In this document: positions 9,055 through 19,009 of the stretch, in pieces
How the letters are laid out: the number at the start of each line of letters is the position of its first letter
How positions within the stretch are numbered: the stretch's first letter is position 1
Assembly (NCBI GenBank): GCA_963819815.1
Contig: CAWFXL010000001.1
Span: 768,001-832,000 of the forward strand
DNA from: an uncultured bacterium
GTDB lineage: Bacteria > Babelota > Babeliae > Babelales > Babelaceae
Direction of reading: 5' to 3'
Length of the DNA stretch: 64,000 nucleotides
Notes under the pieces: generated by a model
Told to the model about the DNA's origin: nothing
Databases searched by the model: none
What the model saw: the letters and a program-made list of their open reading frames with translations, nothing else
Made by a program: the position numbers and the translations under genes

Positions 9055-10455
9055 ATGAAACCTAAACCAGCGTCAGCAATTCGTACTAGCACTCTTATGA
9101 GCTATTTTATTCCTGAGCTGATCACCACAGGCATTCTGTATATTGGCCTTGAAATCATCAATTTTAGCTTTATAGCCTGCACCAATGTCGCCCTCTGTAA
9201 TGCAACCCTTTTTATTAGCGCTTCCTTATTTCATCTTCTTATCAAGATAGCAGAAGGCTTCTCAACAGGCCTGGTAATCATGTGCGGACAATATAATGGT
9301 GCTCAAGAATATACCAAAGCAGGGAGAGTGCTTACCGATGCCTTTTGGACCACCTCATTAATCGGCCTACTCCTTTCTGCAGGAATTTATTTTGGGGCCC
9401 ATGCTATCTATACCTTCCATGATGTACCACCAGAGATCCTTGAGCTTGGGGTTCCCTATCTTAAGATTAGAGCTCTTGGAGTACTTCTCACGTTTACGTA
9501 CTTAGCCATTATAGGATTTCTCCGCGGTATTAAAAATCCCAAGATGCCTATGTTATTCTTTATCATAGGTGCTGTCGCGTATCTCTTTTTTGATTATGCA
9601 CTTATATTCGGCGCCTGGGGATTTCCAGAGATGGGACTCAACGGTTCTGCAGTCGCCTCGGTTATTCAGTATGCAGTCATGCTTGTAGCAGCCCTTATCT
9701 ATATTATCTATGATAAGGAGCTTCACAAATATAACATCGCTCTTTTTTCTGAAAATCCTTTTTCATGGGGAAGAATTTCTCATATAAGAAACCTTGTACA
9801 CATAAGCTGGCCCGTTATGATCGATAAAGCAAGTCTTGCCATAATCCCTATCTGGCTCAATAAAATGATCGGCTGCGCGGCAATTCTTGCTACGAACAAA
9901 AGCATCGTCTACGAGAGCCTCACAGTACTTAAAACTATGGAACGGATCGGTATACTTCCTGCCTTAGCATTCGCTCAGGTCATTACCTATTTAGTAAGTA
10001 ACGACTACAAGACACTCCATTTTAGGACGATTAAAAGAAATATCAAAAAAGTGCTCGTCTTTGCCTGCATTACGACGATGCTCTTTACCCTTATGTTCTA
10101 CCTTCAGCCCCACTTCTTCCTCTGGATACTCAATAAACCTGATGTGTATAATGATCTCATCATGTACACATTACCGATTATTGCGCTTCTTATTTTGTTT
10201 GATGTCCTCCAGCTTGTTCTAGCCGGAGCACTCCGCGGAGCTGCAGATGTTAAAGTAGTCATGATTACAAGGCTTGTCATTACGGCACTTTTCATTCCTC
10301 TTTCCTATGGAATTGCCATACTGCCGACCTCTAGCCTACTTTTAAAATTTGTTCTTCTCTATGGCTCAGTCCATATAAGCCTTGCGCTTATGGGCCTTAT
10401 CTATATCATTCGTTTTAAAAGCGGTAACTGGAAAAAACAATCTATTGAAGACTAA
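9055..10455 (+). CDS. MATE family efflux transporter
   Basis: About 12 hydrophobic segments; GQYNGA, GFLRGIKNPK.PM, FPEMGLNGSAVAS, GALRGAAD. Confidence 0.92.
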   Translation: MKPKPASAIRTSTLMSYFIPELITTGILYIGLEIINFSFIACTNVALCNATLFISASLFHLLIKIAEGFSTGLVIMCGQYNGAQEYTKAGRVLTDAFWTTSLIGLLLSAGIYFGAHAIYTFHDVPPEILELGVPYLKIRALGVLLTFTYLAIIGFLRGIKNPKMPMLFFIIGAVAYLFFDYALIFGAWGFPEMGLNGSAVASVIQYAVMLVAALIYIIYDKELHKYNIALFSENPFSWGRISHIRNLVHISWPVMIDKASLAIIPIWLNKMIGCAAILATNKSIVYESLTVLKTMERIGILPALAFAQVITYLVSNDYKTLHFRTIKRNIKKVLVFACITTMLFTLMFYLQPHFFLWILNKPDVYNDLIMYTLPIIALLILFDVLQLVLAGALRGAADVKVVMITRLVITALFIPLSYGIAILPTSSLLLKFVLLYGSVHISLALMGLIYIIRFKSGNWKKQSIED

Positions 10456-10459
10456 CCGT

Positions 10460-10882
10460 TCACCAAGAAATATGACACCTTCGAGTCTCTAGGGACAGGT
10501 AATCTAACGTGACATGGCACACTGAATGAGTAAGCAGAGGCATAATTACTTCGGGCCATTCTATGAAAGACCAGCTCTTGGGAACATACAGATATTCGTC
10601 AAAACCTGCTTGGAGGAAATCATTAAGATTCTGTATGCGATACAAATCAAAATGATAAAAGGTCTCTTGTTTACCGTTATGGTACATCGCCATATACGTA
10701 AACGTAGGACTGATAACTACATCGGTCACTCCACAGCGCGCTAACAATAGTTTAATAAGTGCAGTTTTTCCTGCACCAAGCGGACCAGTAAATGTAAAAA
10801 CCTTATGGGCAGGCATCTGAGCATAGAGAAGTTCAACCACCTCATCTATAGTGTCTAATGAATATGCTAACTCCTGTTGCAT
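10460..10882 (-). CDS. tsaE: tRNA threonylcarbamoyladenosine biosynthesis ATPase TsaE
   Basis: GPLGAGKT, SPTF, HFDLYRI, IEWPE. Confidence 0.96.
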   Translation of the reverse strand: MQQELAYSLDTIDEVVELLYAQMPAHKVFTFTGPLGAGKTALIKLLLARCGVTDVVISPTFTYMAMYHNGKQETFYHFDLYRIQNLNDFLQAGFDEYLYVPKSWSFIEWPEVIMPLLTHSVCHVTLDYLSLETRRCHISW

Positions 10883-10891
10883 AGTTTTTTC

Positions 10892-11461
10892 CTAGAGCTT
10901 CTTCAGCACGGCAAGTAAGCGTTTCTCTCTTTTAGATACTCCATGACTTCGAGGTTCCTCCTCTTGTTCTTCTTCTTTATACCATAAGGTGGAAGATCCT
11001 TCTTCCATGAGGGCATCTAGTGAAGGAGAGCTTACGTCTTGATGAAGTTTATGAGCATGCCCTGGTGCTTTGGTATAGCCACGTACCGGTGCATTAGTTT
11101 TATTCATATAGCTATAAAAATCAAGCGAATCGATCGAAGGTACTTCGTACGTATCTGCAAACGCATTGAGTTGGCGATCGGTAGTTACCAAAAGAAGATT
11201 TTTAAGGAGCCTTTCCTCAATATATCTTTTAATAATATCATCCGCACTATCCTTGTGCCCAGAATATACCGTTATTACGCGACCATTTTTCACAACGGTC
11301 ATTCGGTTGTAGGGCCCTGCATCATAGATAATATACAGGGTATGGCCTTTGCGTTGAGCATAGTCAAGAGCACGAAGTTCAAAGCTTGTACGTTGCAGTT
11401 CAGTAATCTGACCGCCAAAAACCTGTTTTAGGACATTATAACCATCAATGAGTATGTTCAT
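10892..11461 (-). CDS. NYN/YacP-like PIN-domain ribonuclease
   Basis: MNILIDGYNV, SADDII, VTTDRQL; start at ATG 11461. Confidence 0.85.
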   Translation of the reverse strand: MNILIDGYNVLKQVFGGQITELQRTSFELRALDYAQRKGHTLYIIYDAGPYNRMTVVKNGRVITVYSGHKDSADDIIKRYIEERLLKNLLLVTTDRQLNAFADTYEVPSIDSLDFYSYMNKTNAPVRGYTKAPGHAHKLHQDVSSPSLDALMEEGSSTLWYKEEEQEEEPRSHGVSKREKRLLAVLKKL

Positions 11462-11584
11462 AGTCTGTGTGCAAAAAGTTGAATGTGAGTCTTCTAAAGA
11501 AACAGGATAATCAACTTCTTGCAAAAGAATCAAGCACCGCGTACACTCTGAAAGACAAAGCATCACGTAAAAAAGGTATGCATC

Positions 11585-12415
11585 ATGGAACAGCTCATAC
11601 TTATGAAACAGCGGATTAAAACCGTTGAAACAATAAAAAAAGTAACCCATGCAATGCGCCTTATTTCCATGTCATCACATACACGCTTACTCGACAAGAG
11701 GAAACATCTTGCTCAGTACAAAAAAACATTCGAAGAGCTTTGGTCATCAGTACATCATGCGCTCCCTATAGAAGCACCTGAACTGCTCACCGAAGAGCCT
11801 AAAGATCTCTGCATTCTTATCGGTTCGCAAAAAGGATTATGCGGCACCTTTAACTCATCCTTATATAAGTTCTTTGAACACAATGTGCCCAAAGTCCCCA
11901 AATCTATGCATGTCATCGCGATTGGAAATTTTGCTGCTGAGTATTTCAAACGACATCGTGTAACCCCCATTGCTTCGTATACCACCTTTTCAGTACAGCA
12001 TTTTATTACTGTTGCCCATGCAGTTACCGAACTTATTATGAAAGATCCTACGAGATATACGACAGTAACTGCCTATAGTAATATGGAGAAAACTTTTTTT
12101 GTGCAGCTCCCAAAAAAGACCGTAGTCTATCCATTTAGTGCACCACACAAAGAGAGTCAACCTCAGACTTCCTATCTTTTTGAGCAATCTCCTGAGCTAC
12201 TGCATGATACCATTAGCAGACTCTTAGTATCTGTATCCTTACAGAGTCTCTTCTTTGAATCTCTTTTGTCAGAACAAGCAGCTCGCTTTATTTCTATGGA
12301 CACTTCCACACGAAATGCGGATAATCTCATAACCTCCATGAAATTAGGATATAACAAAGTAAGACAAGCAACCATAACGAGAGAACTTAGCGAACTTTCA
12401 GCAACTCTTACCTAA
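11585..12415 (+). CDS. atpG: F0F1 ATP synthase subunit gamma
   Basis: IKKVTHAMRLIS, KGLCGTFN, SEQAARFISMD..TRNA, YNKVRQATITRELSEL. Confidence 0.95.
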   Translation: MEQLILMKQRIKTVETIKKVTHAMRLISMSSHTRLLDKRKHLAQYKKTFEELWSSVHHALPIEAPELLTEEPKDLCILIGSQKGLCGTFNSSLYKFFEHNVPKVPKSMHVIAIGNFAAEYFKRHRVTPIASYTTFSVQHFITVAHAVTELIMKDPTRYTTVTAYSNMEKTFFVQLPKKTVVYPFSAPHKESQPQTSYLFEQSPELLHDTISRLLVSVSLQSLFFESLLSEQAARFISMDTSTRNADNLITSMKLGYNKVRQATITRELSELSATLT

Positions 12416-12429
12416 CAAAAGGAGCGCCC

Positions 12430-12699
12430 ATGTTTACACCAAAAAACCCTTGTCAAAGCTGCGGAATGCCTCTTTCAAAGGACAAAAAAGGCGGCGGTAC
12501 CAATCGTGATGGAACACTCAATAAGGAATATTGCAGCCACTGTTATACTAAAGGTACCTTTAAAGAACCGAACCTTACCCTAGATCAGATGAAGGATAAA
12601 GTGCAGGGAAAGCTCAAAGAAATGTGGATTCCTTCGTTTATCGGAAAATATTTTACCCGATCTATTCCTCAACTTAAGCGCTGGCGCGCCTCAAAATAA
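12430..12699 (+). CDS. Putative zinc-ribbon domain protein
   Basis: CQSCGMPL...GTNRDGT..EYCSHCY..G.F, IPQLKRW. Confidence 0.85.
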   Translation: MFTPKNPCQSCGMPLSKDKKGGGTNRDGTLNKEYCSHCYTKGTFKEPNLTLDQMKDKVQGKLKEMWIPSFIGKYFTRSIPQLKRWRASK

Positions 12700-12715
12700 T
12701 CTTGGTAAGTAACGA

Positions 12716-12750
12716 ATGGGACTCTGCATTATAGCCAGAGTCCTATTTTT
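12716..12750. terminator. Terminator between convergent zinc-ribbon gene and murA
   Basis: ATGGGACTCTG...CAGAGTCCTAT followed by a T run. Confidence 0.6.
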
Positions 12751-14024
12751 TAGCATTCTTCATAATGAGCACTAATACGTCCACGAAGCGATGCAAGTTT
12801 GGAAACAATACCATCATATCCTCGCTTAATATGATGAACTCCTGTCATAGTCGTCTGCCCATGAGCTGCCAGACCTGCAATAAGAAGTGCGGCTCCTGCT
12901 CGAATATCAGAAGCGATGACAGCAGCACCATACAGCTCATCTACCCCAACTACCGTCGCAGTTTGCCCATCTATTACGATTTGAGCGCCCATTTTTTGAA
13001 GCTCGCGGACATGCACAAGCCTATTTTCATATACCGTTTCGTGAATAACACTCGTACCCGAAGCTAAACAGAGGGCTGCCATCATAGGAGCCTGAAGATC
13101 GGTAGGAAATCCTGGGTAAGGCATCGTTTTAAAAGATACTGCATAAGGATGTGACGTCGCCTTAAAGAATATGCCCTGTCCCTGCGGGCCGAAAGTCACC
13201 TCATGGCCCATCTCCTCAAGAAGTGAAAGGAACACGGTCATAGATGCTGCTGGGGCCGTTGGCAAGGCAATCTCTCCACCGGTAATAGCCGCAGCCAAAA
13301 TCAGTGTTCCTGCCTCTAAACGATCATACATAACATGATGATTAATCGAATCTAAGGAAGAAACCCCTTCTATAAGAATGGTGGCAGGCGCTTTAAGCTC
13401 AATACGAGCCCCCATCTTTCTTAATACTTCAACTAGATCGAGGACTTCGGGTTCTATAGCTGCATTGATAATACGTGTAGAACCCTGGGCTAATACCGCC
13501 GCCATCATAATATTTTCAGTAGCACCTACGCTTGGATAGGCTAATATATGGTCAACTGCTTTAAGCGAATTTGCCTGAGCATGTAGTGAATCATTAGATT
13601 GAGTAAACGTCGCGCCCATTTTAGCAAAAGACTTTATGTGGTAATCAATAGGCCTCATTCCAAGGACACATCCACCAGGCAGAGCAACGTCAGCCTTACC
13701 AAAGCGAGCCAACAGTGGCCCCAGTACTAATATGGAAGCACGCATTTTCTTCATAATATCTGGCCCTATATGAGCCGAAGAAATAGAGCTCGTATCGACC
13801 GTTAAAGTCTTCGTTTCTTCATCATGCACTACCTGCGCTCCAAGCGATTCTAACAGGCGAATCATATGAAGAACATCTTCAGAATACGGAACATTTGATA
13901 AGGTGCTCTTTCCTCGGGTGAGTATCAGGGACGCCATAATAACCAATATGGCATTTTTCGCACCGGCAAGATCAACTGTCCCCTGTAAGGAAGGAGAAGT
14001 TTCTATAGCTATATATTCATTCAT
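12750..14024 (-). CDS. murA: UDP-N-acetylglucosamine 1-carboxyvinyltransferase
   Basis: GAKNA, MRASILVLGPLLAR, LPGGCVLG.RP (catalytic Cys), SVGATEN, PGFPTDLQ. Confidence 0.98.
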   Translation of the reverse strand: MNEYIAIETSPSLQGTVDLAGAKNAILVIMASLILTRGKSTLSNVPYSEDVLHMIRLLESLGAQVVHDEETKTLTVDTSSISSAHIGPDIMKKMRASILVLGPLLARFGKADVALPGGCVLGMRPIDYHIKSFAKMGATFTQSNDSLHAQANSLKAVDHILAYPSVGATENIMMAAVLAQGSTRIINAAIEPEVLDLVEVLRKMGARIELKAPATILIEGVSSLDSINHHVMYDRLEAGTLILAAAITGGEIALPTAPAASMTVFLSLLEEMGHEVTFGPQGQGIFFKATSHPYAVSFKTMPYPGFPTDLQAPMMAALCLASGTSVIHETVYENRLVHVRELQKMGAQIVIDGQTATVVGVDELYGAAVIASDIRAGAALLIAGLAAHGQTTMTGVHHIKRGYDGIVSKLASLRGRISAHYEEC

Positions 14025-14074
14025 TGGGCATCTTCTTGGGGTAGTTGATTAGAGAGGTTCATTCATACTATTAA

Positions 14075-14102
14075 AGTGTACACCTCTCGTTATACCTGTC
14101 AA
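14075..14102 (-). promoter_or_regulatory. Sigma70-type promoter of murA
   Basis: TTGACA-N16-TACACT. Confidence 0.6.
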
Positions 14103-14377
14103 TCAACTTTTTCAAGAAACCAGAAAGATCCAGAGTATAACTCGACAATAGTACTGCTACATAATTTTTGATAGCTTATTTACGAGGTATAACAAAATGA
14201 TCCTTCGCATCTCTAGATCATGTCTTGCGCTGTCTTGTAAGTTTCCCCTACTAACGAATGCACGTACTACAATTAGTACAGTTTGAATAAAAATACTCTT
14301 TACAAGTTCTTTATTATTATGATAATATTTACAATAAGAAAACATTTGCCTGGCCTTAAAAGAGAAAGAATCCACCT

Positions 14378-15283
14378 ATGAAGCGCACAATCCTTCTCCT
14401 AATAAGCTTTTTTGGAGCATATCACAGCACAGTAAAAGCTATGCAGGACCCCCTACTCGCAAGAGAGCAATTAACCGACTTATACAATGAAATTGCGAAC
14501 ATGGAAACTAATGTGAATACTATCAGTGAAGTACCAGACATTGTTCGAAATCAAAAACAAATGCTCGAGTTTTTTGAGTCCATCAGCTATTCACCTATTA
14601 ACCAAGATCTTGTCGCTTTGGCAAATTCTGTATTCTATCGCCTCAGGGCAATTCGCAGCATTATCATAGATAATTTAGATACCTGGACAAGTGATTACCT
14701 ACGCAATGCCACTTATTGGTATAGCCTAAGCCACCAGAAAAAAGAAGAACTTACAACACATGTCAAACTGTGTGCCCAGGCTTTAGAATTTTTTAGTCCA
14801 ATTTATAGGTATCTCTCCGCTAGAGAAAGGCAAGCCCTTAATGAAATAGCCGATAGAATTACGTCTATCCGCGAGATTCTATTAGATCAAGAGGTAAATG
14901 AATTAGAAGTATATAAACTGCACGCGGCACTCACGCATCTCGCAACTCTTAGGGAGAACTTTGGCCGTCCCCTTACAAGTGAGATTGAAAGCCATGTTCA
15001 AAGATTAGAACTTCGCATCATGAGCTTTCTAAATAATGCAATTGCACATCTAGATGAACAAACAGCACTCCTCTACAATCAATTGACGAAATTATCTGAC
15101 CTTTCCGAGCATGACCTCCATGGATATGACCTCAGGGTTAATATCGCAACAATGAGCTTTAAAGCTTTAATGAATATATCTCAGATCTTCTCTGCTGAAC
15201 AACAACAAAAAATGACCAGTATACAGAGCCGTCTTGTCCTGATTAATGCAATGCGCCGTACCTTTTCTGAAAGAGCGGGGTAA
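14378..15283 (+). CDS. Secreted alpha-helical protein, paralog family member 1
   Basis: Signal peptide ending VKA-M; helical repeats shared with the next three ORFs (RLELRIMSFLNNAIAHLD; QQQKMTSIQSRL). Confidence 0.7.
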   Translation: MKRTILLLISFFGAYHSTVKAMQDPLLAREQLTDLYNEIANMETNVNTISEVPDIVRNQKQMLEFFESISYSPINQDLVALANSVFYRLRAIRSIIIDNLDTWTSDYLRNATYWYSLSHQKKEELTTHVKLCAQALEFFSPIYRYLSARERQALNEIADRITSIREILLDQEVNELEVYKLHAALTHLATLRENFGRPLTSEIESHVQRLELRIMSFLNNAIAHLDEQTALLYNQLTKLSDLSEHDLHGYDLRVNIATMSFKALMNISQIFSAEQQQKMTSIQSRLVLINAMRRTFSERAG

Positions 15284-15580
15284 AGCAAGAATACGAGAGG
15301 TTGTGTATGAGGAAATGCTGTTAAAGACAACTTGGAGCAAATCACCTGACTGATCATGGCAAACGCAAGGCCACCCCAAAATGCTTTTCGTCGCAAACAC
15401 AACAAACAAGAACCCCATACTATAGGCACTCTACTTTTTTGGTAATTTTTCAATAAGAAGTGGCTGGCCCATTCTTTTTAATACAAAAATGAAATAGGGT
15501 TACTCTTTACAATACTGTTGAAATTTGGTAAGATTTACATTAAGAAAATAAAGACTCGCCAAAGGAATAAGAGGTTCTTC

Positions 15581-16525
15581 ATGAAAAAAATTATCATCAT
15601 CGCCCTACTTGGTCTTCTAAGTCCACAATTTATTGGCCTAGAAGCAATGGTAGTTGACGAAAATGACTCAATGGCGATCATGCAGTTACACTTGTTTAAA
15701 AGTGATATAGAGCTACTGATAGAGGGTGTATCTACTCTCGATAGTACAGCAGCAGCCGTAAGGTGGATCCAACCTTTCCGTGCTCACCTTGAGAGGATCA
15801 TACAAGACTTGCAGCCAGCTCCCACGGATGAGATGCAAGAACAGTTTCAAGCTTTAAGCGACAGAATCGATACGATTCAGGAGTACGTTGTTAATTATCT
15901 AGATCGTTTAACAAACGGTCAGTTAGCCCTCATGAGCGAGTATGATCAATATCCACCGCAGATACAGGAACAAATTGATGACGAAGTAACTATAGCTTCT
16001 GAAATATTGGAAGCGTTTGGTACTCTTCAACTTACACCCCAGCAACAAAGAATAGCCTCTGCTATACAGAAGCGCCTTAATATGATTCTCAAAATTTCTT
16101 TAGAGAGACAGATACAAGACATGGAGGGTATGGTTAATCATATCGAAACATCAGCAAGAGCTGTAGAGATGCTGAGTCCAGCTCTTAATAGGCTTGCAAG
16201 TCTAAAAGATTACTTCCGAACAACTGACAGCGGCATTCACTTTGAAAGAATTGGAAAAGCGCTAGAGTACCGCATTATGCAAGTTCAAAGTAATGCCATT
16301 AAGCGTTTAGAGGAATGGACCACGGATCTTACCGATAACCTACCTTTGTTCTATCAAAAGACTCCTGATGAACAACAAGCATACATCATCGCTGTAAACC
16401 GTTGCGATAATATTCATAATGCCTTGGTAATAGTTCCTCGCAGCTTTGCACCGGGTGAACGGAAAAGGATCACTACTGCACAGAATACAATTAATTCGAT
16501 ACGTGAAGTCCTTACAGGGGAATGA
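15581..16525 (+). CDS. Secreted alpha-helical protein, family member 2
   Basis: MKKIIII...LEA-M; LEYRIMQVQSNAIKRLE, NRCDNI; GAGG SD before ATG 15581. Confidence 0.75.
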   Translation: MKKIIIIALLGLLSPQFIGLEAMVVDENDSMAIMQLHLFKSDIELLIEGVSTLDSTAAAVRWIQPFRAHLERIIQDLQPAPTDEMQEQFQALSDRIDTIQEYVVNYLDRLTNGQLALMSEYDQYPPQIQEQIDDEVTIASEILEAFGTLQLTPQQQRIASAIQKRLNMILKISLERQIQDMEGMVNHIETSARAVEMLSPALNRLASLKDYFRTTDSGIHFERIGKALEYRIMQVQSNAIKRLEEWTTDLTDNLPLFYQKTPDEQQAYIIAVNRCDNIHNALVIVPRSFAPGERKRITTAQNTINSIREVLTGE

Positions 16526-16589
16526 TTAGCGTTATAAAGATGAAAACAGGAACTTGTACAAAAAATAACTCACTTAAAAAAAGGTTCTT

Positions 16590-17546
16590 ATGAAAAAGAT
16601 ACTTCTTACTTTACTCACCCTTATGACTCCGCATGTTAGCGCTTTACACGAAAGATTCGCCAGTCAAGCCATCGTTAATTCCTTTGCCGTATCAGAAAGT
16701 TTGTTGCAGCAAATGGAAGATTCAACATTTCAAATGGAAGAGGTAGCAGGTCTTATTGATATAGGGGTAGAAATGTTGCGAAAAGTGCGAACAGCTCAAG
16801 CTCAACTTGCCATTATTGTGCAAAGATTTGAACAGCCTCATCATCCCGAACTTGTAACATGGGCAAACAATTTGGAAGATAGGCTGAGAAGGATTCGACG
16901 CAAGGTCATTACTGGTTTAGTTAGTGAAACTGAGCAAACCCAACGTGAAGTTCGTGTATACGACAGACTGTCTCTTGAAAGCCGACAAGAAATAATGAGA
17001 CACCTAAGTTTATGCGATCAAGTTTTGAATGCTTTACGTGCACGACCTCTCACGGCTGCAGAACAAAGAATGATTGACAGCGCACAGCAACGTCTTAATT
17101 CAATTCGTAAATCTCTTCTAGAGATAAAGGTAAGCGATATGGAAGAACTCATTGATTACATTGAAACAGCCGAAGAAGCTGTAGAAATGTTGCAACCTTC
17201 TGTAATCTATCTTGGAACTATTAGACAATATTTCCAGCAGTATCCTAACTTGGAGTTTTCAAGACAACTAGGACTTTTAGAAGATCGTATTATGCAGGTT
17301 AAAAATAAGGCGATTATTAAATTAGACAGGTATACACAAGAACTAGATAGACTACTCCCTACGTACAGCCAAATGAATCATGAGGATCAGGATACCTATA
17401 TAACCGATCTAAATCGCTGTGATAACATCTATAATACGTTAGTAGCACCTGGGGCCATATTCACACCTGAACAGCAACAAAAAATCACTTCGGTTCAGAA
17501 TAGAATTACTATGATACGAAATAACTTTGTAGGTACAGCTAGCTAG
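16590..17546 (+). CDS. Secreted alpha-helical protein, family member 3
   Basis: MKKILLTLLTLM signal; LEDRIMQVKNKAIIKLD, NRCDNIYN. Confidence 0.75.
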   Translation: MKKILLTLLTLMTPHVSALHERFASQAIVNSFAVSESLLQQMEDSTFQMEEVAGLIDIGVEMLRKVRTAQAQLAIIVQRFEQPHHPELVTWANNLEDRLRRIRRKVITGLVSETEQTQREVRVYDRLSLESRQEIMRHLSLCDQVLNALRARPLTAAEQRMIDSAQQRLNSIRKSLLEIKVSDMEELIDYIETAEEAVEMLQPSVIYLGTIRQYFQQYPNLEFSRQLGLLEDRIMQVKNKAIIKLDRYTQELDRLLPTYSQMNHEDQDTYITDLNRCDNIYNTLVAPGAIFTPEQQQKITSVQNRITMIRNNFVGTAS

Positions 17547-17666
17547 TTGAATACAATTTTTTAAGAAGATAGAGCATCGTCGTTCTCTCTAAAGACATAT
17601 AGAAACGAGCAGATGCGATGAAATGTAACAAAAAGATAAACCGTTCCCTTATGATAAGAGGTTCTC

Positions 17667-18233
17667 ATGAAAAAAATAGTACTTACCTTACTCGCTCTTA
17701 TGAGCACCTATTATACTGTTATAGACGCGATGATCTTGGACCCGATAGAAGTAGAACAAAATGTTGTAGTGCGTGATACAGTTGCAGAATCGGCAGCTAA
17801 GCTGCATAATTTTGAAGCAATAGTACTCAGAATGGAGGAACTTGTTACTCGGTTAGATAGAATCGCTGCCGTTGTTAGTGCGTTACGACCAACAGACACT
17901 ATTCTTGGGAACATTAAGCACAAGTTCCAGCAACCTCCCGACATTCATCTAGAAGGACGAATCGCGCGATTTCAAGAACGGCTTTTACGGATTAAGAATA
18001 CCGCTATCGAGCAATTAGTAAACCATTCGGTATATCTTAGATCCCTACTAAATGGGTTTGACCAGATGAGTTTGGCTGATCAAGATGAATTCATAACAAT
18101 ATTAAATGATTGTAACGCTGTCTATAACGCCTTCGTACTATCTCGCCTCACGTTACAGCCTGAAGAAAGACAAACACTCACGAACGTTGCAAATCAGCTT
18201 AATACCATACGCGAGGATATTCTAGGGCATTAA
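17667..18233 (+). CDS. Secreted alpha-helical protein, family member 4 (single repeat unit)
   Basis: MKKIVLTLLALM...IDA-M; FQERLLRIKNTAIEQL, NDCNAVYN. Confidence 0.75.
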   Translation: MKKIVLTLLALMSTYYTVIDAMILDPIEVEQNVVVRDTVAESAAKLHNFEAIVLRMEELVTRLDRIAAVVSALRPTDTILGNIKHKFQQPPDIHLEGRIARFQERLLRIKNTAIEQLVNHSVYLRSLLNGFDQMSLADQDEFITILNDCNAVYNAFVLSRLTLQPEERQTLTNVANQLNTIREDILGH

Positions 18234-18280
18234 AATAACCTAATATAAACTACTTTAGGTAGTCGCAAAAAAAGGACACG

Positions 18281-19009
18281 ATGAAGCATCTTATTCTTAT
18301 GGCAAGCACTCTTCTTGCCAGCTCATATATCTTTGGTGATTCCGAGACCAACTTACGTAAAGAATGTGCTCCGATATACGCCGAAAACTGTGAAAAGATT
18401 CTGTCTCAATTTAGGAAGCCAATAACCGTTAAGCAGAGTAATGCCTATAATAGGACCACCTTGCGTAAAGGATGTGATGCTATCTACACCGAAGATATCG
18501 AACATATTCTGACGCAGTTTATGCGTAATAGCACCCCGAAGGAGCGCAAAGACTATAAAAAGTTCATGCTTCTTATTAAACTGCGCAATGATCTGCTATT
18601 TAAATTGACTGCATTTGAACAAACCATTAAGTCTGAGGAGCGTGCACTTTTAAGGACACCGCTTACCAATTATACCGCATGCAGATCTCGGGTAGGTGTC
18701 GCTTTTGGCTATGAATTTCAAACAGCCAACCCCTCCAAAAAAGTTCTTTCACCATGCGAAACCAGTTATGCAGCACAAATGCAACTAGTGCTTAACTCAG
18801 TCAGAAAATCGGTATCGAATAGAACACTCAAAAGATACGAAAGCTTTATGCTCATGCTTAAATATTATGAAGATCTTGGAGCCATGCTCAATGAGTTTGA
18901 AAGAAAAACCAACTATACGATTCGAACTCGACTCCGTGAACCCTTAGTGAAATATCTTAACTGCAGAAATAGTCTCATACTCCGTCAAGTGCAGTCTGTT
19001 CCTCAGTGA
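18281..19009 (+). CDS. Secreted hypothetical protein with internal Cys-anchored repeats
   Basis: Signal peptide; CAPIYAE/CDAIYTE/CETSYAA repeats. Confidence 0.65.
   Translation: MKHLILMASTLLASSYIFGDSETNLRKECAPIYAENCEKILSQFRKPITVKQSNAYNRTTLRKGCDAIYTEDIEHILTQFMRNSTPKERKDYKKFMLLIKLRNDLLFKLTAFEQTIKSEERALLRTPLTNYTACRSRVGVAFGYEFQTANPSKKVLSPCETSYAAQMQLVLNSVRKSVSNRTLKRYESFMLMLKYYEDLGAMLNEFERKTNYTIRTRLREPLVKYLNCRNSLILRQVQSVPQ

Noticed and set aside
15181..15453. Short minus-strand ORFs between helical paralogs 1 and 2
   Set aside because: Overlap a real gene, no recognisable motif; at most an unidentifiable remnant
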